Shown here: positions 26,928-32,000 of the stretch, piece after piece | Numbering within the stretch: position 1 is the first letter of the stretch | Layout: each line of letters opens with the position of its first letter | Source of the DNA: Phyllobacterium brassicacearum | Lineage (GTDB): Bacteria; Pseudomonadota; Alphaproteobacteria; Rhizobiales; Rhizobiaceae | Length of the DNA stretch: 32,000 nt | Reading direction: 5' to 3' | Assembly: GCF_003010955.1 (NCBI RefSeq) | Contig: NZ_PGGO01000033.1 | Coordinates: forward strand, 1-32,000 | Made by a program: the position numbers and the translations under genes | The notes under the pieces: generated by a model | The model's input: only the letters and a program-made list of their open reading frames with translations | The model's database searches: none | What the model was told of the DNA's origin: nothing

Positions 26928-27872
26928 ATGGCAGCCGCATTGCACCACCGCGAGATTTCCGCATTATCGATCTTCACGCCCATGCTTTTGGTCGTAGCGC
27001 TCGGCGGTCTGAGTGCCGCACAAATTGGTTTGCTCGGGAACAACGCGCCTTCCATGCATGTGAACCCGCCCGAAACAATAACTGTTGCACCACGAGAATT
27101 CTCCTACCGTAGCCACGGGGAGTTCTTCAGGGGCGCGATTGCCGTCGACGGTCCGATCATGACTGTCAGAGCGTCTGCGCTGGAAATCATGAAGTACGAA
27201 GTGACATCGGTTGATTATGCGCGCTGCGTTGCCGACGGTGCCTGCCAGGCCGCTGAACCGGAACACGCCGTTACCGATGGGAAGGTTGCAGTAACGGGTG
27301 TGAGTATCGTTGATGCCCAGGACTATGCGGCATGGCTCAGCAATCGGACGGATGCCACCTGGACCTTGCCAACCGACGAGCAATTGGCGTTTGCTGCCGG
27401 ATCCCGCTTTCCCGACGATGGGCTGGGCGATAGTGCCGACAGCAGGAATCCGGCGATCCGCTGGCTTGCGGACTACGATCGCGAAGCCGCGAGGAAGTCT
27501 GCCGCCAATCCAATTCCGCAGGTGAGTGGATACTTTGGGGAGAATGAGTTCGGTTTGGCAGACTTTGCCGGAAATGTTTGGGAATGGACCACGACCTGTA
27601 ATCGCAGGGTAAATCTTGACCATCCTGGCGCTGCCGATGAGGATTCGTGTGGAGTGTACCTTGCCGTCGGCAAACATCGCTCACCGATGAGCTTCTTTAT
27701 CAGGAATCCAAAGGGTGGAGGTTGTTCAGTAGGCGCTCCGCCCGAAAATCTGGGCTTCCGCCTGGTCCGCGACGGAAATTGGTATGTTCCTTATTTGCAG
27801 TGGTTTAAAAGGACCTTGGGCATTGGTGCAGTGAGCGGCGATGCTGGCGCAACCATAGGACAACGCAATTGA
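26928..27872 (+). CDS. nirV: NirV, formylglycine-generating-enzyme (SUMF1) domain protein, 314 aa
   Basis: N-terminal TM or signal, then an FGE-sulfatase-like core (YEVT..DY..C...GAC, WRLPT-like WTLPTDEQLAFAAG, GNVWEWT, GFRLVRD). ATG at 26928 with TGGAGG upstream. It lies directly downstream of nirK. Confidence 0.85.
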   Translation: MAAALHHREISALSIFTPMLLVVALGGLSAAQIGLLGNNAPSMHVNPPETITVAPREFSYRSHGEFFRGAIAVDGPIMTVRASALEIMKYEVTSVDYARCVADGACQAAEPEHAVTDGKVAVTGVSIVDAQDYAAWLSNRTDATWTLPTDEQLAFAAGSRFPDDGLGDSADSRNPAIRWLADYDREAARKSAANPIPQVSGYFGENEFGLADFAGNVWEWTTTCNRRVNLDHPGAADEDSCGVYLAVGKHRSPMSFFIRNPKGGGCSVGAPPENLGFRLVRDGNWYVPYLQWFKRTLGIGAVSGDAGATIGQRN

Positions 27873-28570
27873 AAATCGACCGGACAATCGTGAAGTCGCT
27901 TCCCCTGTTTGCCAGGATGAACGATGCGGACCTGGACGGGCTTCTCGATTCCGCCACGGCGAAGCGTATCCCGCAAGGGGAAGCGGTGTTCGAACAAGGC
28001 CAGAACGCAGTCTCATTCTTCCTGCTCTTACACGGTCGACTGAAGGTGCTGCAGGTCACAGAGGATGGACAACAGATAATTGTACGGATGGTCCATCCCG
28101 GCGACTTGTTTGGGTTCGCGAAGGCACTGCAACGCACCGATTATCCGGGAACCGCCATGGCTGCCGCCGAAAGCGTGGTCCTTTGTTGGCCGACGGATCT
28201 GTGGCCACAGTTCGTCGAACGTAATCCCAGCCTTGCCGTGACCACCATGCAAACGATTGGTCAGCGCCTGGAAGAAGCCCACACCCGCATCCGTGAGATG
28301 TCGACCCAGGAGGTTGAACGTCGTGTCGCACATGTAGTGACACGCCTCGCAAAACAAGCGGGCAAACAGGAAGGCAGCAGCATTCGGATCGATTTTCCGA
28401 TCACCCGTCAGGATATAGCCGAGATGACTGGCACAACGCTTCATACCGTGTCTCGCATTCTGAGTGCGTGGGAAGCCAAAGGGCTGGTCGAAGGCGGTCG
28501 CCAGAAACTGCTGATCTGCAACCTGGACGGGATCATGCTCTTGGCCAACAGTGCGAAGGACCGCGGTTAG
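27869..28570 (+). CDS. nnrR: Crp/Fnr-family NO-responsive regulator NnrR, 233 aa, TTG start
   Basis: cNMP-binding-like fold without the N-terminal FNR Cys cluster, and an HTH IAEMTGTTLHTVSRILSAWE. The TTG at 27869 overlaps the nirV TGA (TTGA). This start is needed to retain the conserved N-terminal SLPLFARM segment. Confidence 0.85.
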   Translation: MKIDRTIVKSLPLFARMNDADLDGLLDSATAKRIPQGEAVFEQGQNAVSFFLLLHGRLKVLQVTEDGQQIIVRMVHPGDLFGFAKALQRTDYPGTAMAAAESVVLCWPTDLWPQFVERNPSLAVTTMQTIGQRLEEAHTRIREMSTQEVERRVAHVVTRLAKQAGKQEGSSIRIDFPITRQDIAEMTGTTLHTVSRILSAWEAKGLVEGGRQKLLICNLDGIMLLANSAKDRG

Positions 28571-29010
28571 GTCATGGACACATTAACGCGAAGCCAGAGC
28601 AGGATGGCCGCTAGTTTGATGAAGGCGTGGAAGTTGGCGGCCTGTTTCTCATAACGCGTTGCAATGCGCCGACACTGCTTAATCCTGTTGAAGAGCCGTT
28701 CGAGCTGATTTCGGTGGCGGTAAAGGTGCAGGCTGAATCAAATCGGATCACGCCGGTTCCGGCGGGGCGGGATGTTCGCCCAGCCTCCACGGGAACTCAC
28801 GAACGCTCGTAACTCGGTCGCGTCGTAGGCCCTTGTCAGCCAGGACCATCCCGCCGCTCGCTAGGCCTTCAACTAGAGCGCATGCGGCCAGGTTTTCATG
28901 CTGCTGGCCGCCGCGGGGATTTCGGCCTTAACGGCGAAATTAGCCCTATCTCTCGCGCGGCACTCGGTTTGCTCAAAGGAAGGCGCTATCCAACGGCGCG
29001 TGGAACTGTC
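28567..29010 (-). mobile_element. 5'-truncated, degenerate IS5-family (IS427-group-like) transposase remnant
   Basis: The minus strand reads ...GGQQHENLAACALVEGLASGGMVLADKG[frameshift]YDATELRAFVSSRGGWANIPPRRNRRDPI*FSLHLYRHRNQLERLFNRIKQCRRIATRYEKQAANFHAFIKLAAILLWLRVNVSMT*. The DDE C-terminal region is recognisable, with one frameshift and an in-frame TGA (28738-28740). The N-terminal half is missing. Confidence 0.75.
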
Positions 29011-29019
29011 AGACGGGTG

Positions 29020-29631
29020 CTATCTGGGCCTTGCACCCCCTTCGTACATGAACGTCATAGGCTTCGGGCCTCGCATGTACCCCATCTCAATCCGATCGAT
29101 CCGGAAGCCTCCGTCTTCTATCATCGATCTGATCGGGCGATTGAGATGACAGCCCCCGTTGATACGTCTCCAGATCGGAGTGAGGCTATCCTGCCACCAG
29201 CGCACCCTACGGTCAGGCGAAAGCCCATGCTCGACGAACAACAGCCTGCCCTGCGGCCTGAGTACCCGGCGCATTTCCGCCAGTGCCGTCGCGGCGCGGG
29301 GAATCGTGCACAAAGTCCAGGTTGTCACGACCGTGTCGACGCTCTCGTCATCCAGCGGAATGGCTTCCGCAGACGCTTCGATGAAGTTGACCGGCATCTT
29401 TGAATGCGAGGCGCGACGGGCCATCGCGAGAAGGGCCGGATCAGGTTCCAGCGCGAGAATTTCCCGAACGTCCGGGCGATAAAAGGGCAGGTTCAGGCCC
29501 GAGCCGCTGCCTATCTCCAGGATGCGGCCTTCCGCAGCGCCAATCACGCGCTCGCGATAGGGGTGCAGGCGCTTGTTGCGCATGGAAAGGTCGCAGAGCT
29601 TCGGCAGAATGACATCGCTGTAAATGCCCAT
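29020..29631 (-). CDS. Class I SAM-dependent methyltransferase, 203 aa
   Basis: Motif I ILEIGSGSGLN and a Methyltransf_11-like layout (LRPQGRLLFVEH). GGAGGAG is upstream of the ATG at 29631. Confidence 0.8.
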   Translation of the reverse strand: MGIYSDVILPKLCDLSMRNKRLHPYRERVIGAAEGRILEIGSGSGLNLPFYRPDVREILALEPDPALLAMARRASHSKMPVNFIEASAEAIPLDDESVDTVVTTWTLCTIPRAATALAEMRRVLRPQGRLLFVEHGLSPDRRVRWWQDSLTPIWRRINGGCHLNRPIRSMIEDGGFRIDRIEMGYMRGPKPMTFMYEGGARPR

Positions 29632-29655
29632 GCGCGCTCCTCCGTGCGCCCCATC

Positions 29656-29844
29656 CTACGTTTCGCGAATTAAGTTTTTGATCTGTTGCCGATCTTCCAA
29701 GGACCACTTGTCAGGCTGCTCCTGATGAGCGGTCGCTCCGTGGAGTTCAATGTGTTTCCAAAGCTCCGCTTCAGTCTCGGCCACGAACGACGCCGGACAG
29801 GCGTCCATTCCAGGGTAATCCTTGCAGCGATATGAGTAGGCCAT
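29656..29844 (-). CDS. DUF1059 small protein, 62 aa
   Basis: MAYSYRCKDYPGMDACPASFVAETEAELWKHIELHGATAH fits the DUF1059 pattern (C..D.G..C....A.TE.E....H...H). GGAGGGTG is immediately upstream of the ATG. The gene ends 24 nt before the methyltransferase start. Confidence 0.7.
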   Translation of the reverse strand: MAYSYRCKDYPGMDACPASFVAETEAELWKHIELHGATAHQEQPDKWSLEDRQQIKNLIRET

Positions 29845-30158
29845 CGCTTCACCCTCCTACGCTGTCATCACAGTAGCACGCCTCGTGTTGACAATGAACA
29901 GAGCCCAATGCAGCACTCTATAGCGCGGACCTACGACGGACTCTACGCGTAACTGCTTTGGCTCAAAGCAGACTGCTGAAGGCAACCGTACGGTCCGCTT
30001 ACCGGTGGTAAACCGGACATCGCCAAGTCCATGGCGTCTGGAACTATGAGTACACGCCCTGGCATCCAAGCCCGATAGGCAGAGTTGCCAGGCGTGCCAC
30101 GCCGTCCGATTGGAACAGCTCGTAACAGTTGCTGACACTTGCACAGCGTTCAGCGAAA

Positions 30159-30182
30159 TCTTCAAGAAACTCTTCAAGAAAA
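30159..30182. repeat. Tandem 12-nt direct repeat TCTTCAAGAAAC / TCTTCAAGAAAA
   Basis: Read directly, with 11/12 identity. It ends 20 nt upstream of the pseudoazurin FNR-type box. Confidence 0.8.
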
Positions 30183-30202
30183 CTAAATACCAACTGTCAT
30201 GT

Positions 30203-30216
30203 TTGCGTGGGATCAA
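30203..30216. promoter_or_regulatory. FNR/NnrR-type box TTGCG-TGGG-ATCAA upstream of pseudoazurin
   Basis: The centre is 80 nt from the ATG at 30290, which implies a leader of about 39 nt. Confidence 0.7.
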
Positions 30217-30289
30217 AGACGCAACAAGTCGAGCGGTCTAATTCCTTCATGAAGGGGCCCGAAGTGTCCCGGCAACAAGGAGTAGTAAA

Positions 30290-30739
30290 ATGACCAAATC
30301 GGTCCTGAAAATGTTTACTGGCGCGGTGATCGGCCTGTCGATGCTTGGAGCACCTGCTTTCGCTGCGGATTTCGAAGTAAAAATGCTCAACAAAGGTACC
30401 GACGGTGCGATGGTATTCGAGCCAAGTTTCGTCAAGGTCGCCAAGGGCGACACTGTGACGTTCGTCCCGACGGACAAGGGCCACAATGTCGAAACGTTCA
30501 AAGATTTGATCCCGACCGGATCAACACCGTTCAAGAGCAAGATGGGCGAAACGTTCAAACAGACGTTCGACGTCGATGGCGCATATGCTGTGAAGTGCAC
30601 GCCTCATGCGGGCATGGGGATGGTTGGGCTTATCGTTGTTGGTGATGCGCCGGCCAATCTGGAAGCCGTCAAGACCGCAACGCTGCCGAAAAAGGCACGG
30701 GAGCGTCTCGACGGCGACATCGCTAAGCTCGGTTCGTAA
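30290..30739 (+). CDS. paz: Pseudoazurin (blue copper electron donor to NirK), 149 aa, with a Sec signal peptide
   Basis: Signal peptide ...[11 protein letters not shown]. The Cu ligands are in DKGHNVE and [15 protein letters not shown] is upstream. Confidence 0.92.
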   Translation: MTKSVLKMFTGAVIGLSMLGAPAFAADFEVKMLNKGTDGAMVFEPSFVKVAKGDTVTFVPTDKGHNVETFKDLIPTGSTPFKSKMGETFKQTFDVDGAYAVKCTPHAGMGMVGLIVVGDAPANLEAVKTATLPKKARERLDGDIAKLGS

Positions 30740-30857
30740 ATCGAGCGTTGTTCGCGGATGGTTGCGGGATGGTTCCCGCCACCATCACCGCAATGGATCG
30801 CGGGCACAAAGACCTCCGTTCTGTGCTGCTGCCGACCGCAAAAAGCGGAGAGAGATA

Positions 30858-31019
30858 ATGGGTTCGTTAAGTATATGGCACTGGCTCATCGTGTTGGCCG
30901 TCGCTGTGTTGTTGTTCGGGCGCGGAAAGATCCCCGAGCTCATGGGCGATGTTGCCAAAGGTATAAAAACCTTCAAACAAGGCATGCGCGAAGACGACAC
31001 TCCACGCGAACAGAAATGA
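30858..31019 (+). CDS. tatA: TatA/TatE-family twin-arginine translocase subunit, 53 aa
   Basis: [43 protein letters not shown] is a textbook TatA (TM, FG hinge, amphipathic helix). GGAGAG is upstream. Only the last 53 codons of track ORF 30606-31019 are credible. Confidence 0.85.
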   Translation: MGSLSIWHWLIVLAVAVLLFGRGKIPELMGDVAKGIKTFKQGMREDDTPREQK

Positions 31020-31036
31020 CATGGATTTGAGTCCGG

Positions 31037-31055
31037 CCGCGAATATCTTTCGCGG
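31037..31055. terminator. Short hairpin between convergent tatA and napC
   Basis: CCGCGAA - TATCT - TTCGCGG forms a 7-bp stem (8 bp with the flanking G-C). No U-tract is present. Confidence 0.3.
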
Positions 31056-31100
31056 CGATCGCTTGTTCCCTCTGGCGTCGTAGCTTTGCTTGGAACCGAA

Positions 31101-31805
31101 CTACTGATCCTTCAACATTCCGCCATGCGCAGTGGCGATCGCCCGCTTCAGATCATCGATGGCATTGGCGGAAGGCTGTTTTTCACCTTCAAGTTCCGGT
31201 GGCATTTTCCAGCCGGGATCGACGCCCTGCATGTTGGGCAACTCGTGGGCGATCCCCTTGTGGCAATCGATGCACGTGGCAGAGCCGGACAACAGGTAGC
31301 GCGTGTGGATATCTGCCGCTCGCTGCGTCTGTTTTGAAAGGTCCATCGCCACCGACGAATGGCAGTTGCGGCATTCCAGACTGTCGTTGGCCTTCAGCCG
31401 TGCCCACTCATGCTGTGCCAGCTCAAGCCTGTGATCGAGAAACTTCCTGCGCGTGTTGATTGTGCCGAAAATCTTGCCCCAGACTTCCTTTGACGCCTGC
31501 ATCTTGCGGGCAATTTTGTCGGTCCATTCGTGCGGAACGTGGCAATCAGGACAGGAGGCGCGCACGCCCGAGCGGTTGGAAAAATGAACTGTGCGGGTCA
31601 ATTCCTCATATACATTGTCTTTCATTTCGTGGCAGGACGTACAAAAGGCCTCCGTGTTGGTCAGCTCAAGTGCGGTATTGAAGGCACCCCAAAACATCAC
31701 GCCGCCAACGAAGCCACCCAACGTCAGGAATGCGAGGCTAAGGGTCGCCGCAGGTGTACTGAGGACTTTCCAGACCCAGGCCAGGATTCTTCTTACCCGC
31801 TTCAT
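31101..31805 (-). CDS. napC: NapC tetrahaem membrane cytochrome c (quinol dehydrogenase), 234 aa
   Basis: N-terminal TM and four CxxCH sites (CTSCH, CPDCH, CRNCH, CIDCH). ATG at 31805. The track start at 31808 is a GTG one codon upstream. Confidence 0.92.
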   Translation of the reverse strand: MKRVRRILAWVWKVLSTPAATLSLAFLTLGGFVGGVMFWGAFNTALELTNTEAFCTSCHEMKDNVYEELTRTVHFSNRSGVRASCPDCHVPHEWTDKIARKMQASKEVWGKIFGTINTRRKFLDHRLELAQHEWARLKANDSLECRNCHSSVAMDLSKQTQRAADIHTRYLLSGSATCIDCHKGIAHELPNMQGVDPGWKMPPELEGEKQPSANAIDDLKRAIATAHGGMLKDQ

Positions 31806-31811
31806 CACCCG

Positions 31812-32000
31812 CTACTCGCTCCCCGCCGGCTTGAAACCCAATTCGCTCATATCCTTGAACTTGTTCTCGACGAGGGGGCGAACATCTGCCTGCGGCACAT
31901 GACAGGCGGTGCAAAAATAGCGGCGCGGGGACACGTCGGCCAGCATCTGGCCTTCACGGGTCATGTAGTGGGTGACGCTGATCATTGGGGCTCCCGACCC
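31812..32000 (-). CDS. napB: NapB dihaem cytochrome c, C-terminal 62 codons (partial, continues right of the window)
   Basis: The minus strand reads GSGAPMISVTHYMTREGQMLADVSPRRYFCTACHVPQADVRPLVENKFKDMSELGFKPAGSE* with a CTACH haem site. The TAG at 31812-31814 lies 6 nt before the napC ATG. Confidence 0.8.
   Translation of the reverse strand, partial: GSGAPMISVTHYMTREGQMLADVSPRRYFCTACHVPQADVRPLVENKFKDMSELGFKPAGSE

Noticed and set aside
29857-30216. 119-aa minus-strand ORF upstream of pseudoazurin.
   Set aside because: It has no SD and no recognisable domain. It overlaps the paz FNR-type box and the tandem repeat, and its composition is atypical for this genome.
30606-30857. The upstream part of the 137-aa ORF 30606-31019, which overlaps the end of pseudoazurin.
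   Set aside because: Only the last 53 codons (from ATG 30858, with an SD) form a TatA. The upstream part overlaps paz out of frame and is Arg/Ser-rich.

Overview
This window looks like an alphaproteobacterial (Rhizobiaceae-like, roughly 58-60% GC by eye) microaerobic respiration and denitrification island. The gene order napB/napC - pseudoazurin - nnrR - nirV - nirK - nnrS - hemN - norDQBC/norEF - cbb3 oxidase resembles what I recall for symbiotic-plasmid or second-replicon denitrification clusters; this is from memory and not searched. Left to right: the tail of an aldehyde dehydrogenase, a DUF779 gene (apparently frameshifted), acs, cobO (-), a translationally coupled ubiD-family/ubiX pair, and nnrU (-). 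Next comes a minus-strand cbb3 oxidase operon: a 51-aa ORF, ccoN, ccoO, ccoQ, ccoP, a 62-aa Cys/His membrane ORF, DUF2189, fixI and fixS, with no fixG or fixH. Then come norE, a norF-like gene, norC, norB, norQ and norD, then hemN (-). After hemN is a four-gene operon of uncharacterised families: DUF2249, a 12-TM membrane protein, a tandem DUF2249 and a DUF59. It is followed by a decayed vWA/DUF1194-like pseudogene, nnrS (-), and nirK-nirV-nnrR. The window ends with a 5'-truncated IS5-family transposase remnant, a SAM methyltransferase plus DUF1059 (-), pseudoazurin, an orphan tatA paralog, napC (-) and the 3' end of napB (-). Ten FNR/FixK/NnrR-type boxes (TTG-N8-CAA, most matching 9-10 of 10 half-site positions) sit in the expected intergenic regions. 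I found no rRNA, tRNA or CRISPR. The best candidates for undescribed biology are the boxed DUF2249/membrane/DUF2249x2/DUF59 operon and the non-canonical cbb3 maturation module (62-aa Cys/His protein plus DUF2189 in place of fixGH). All family assignments come from reading the translations and recalling motifs; no database search was run.
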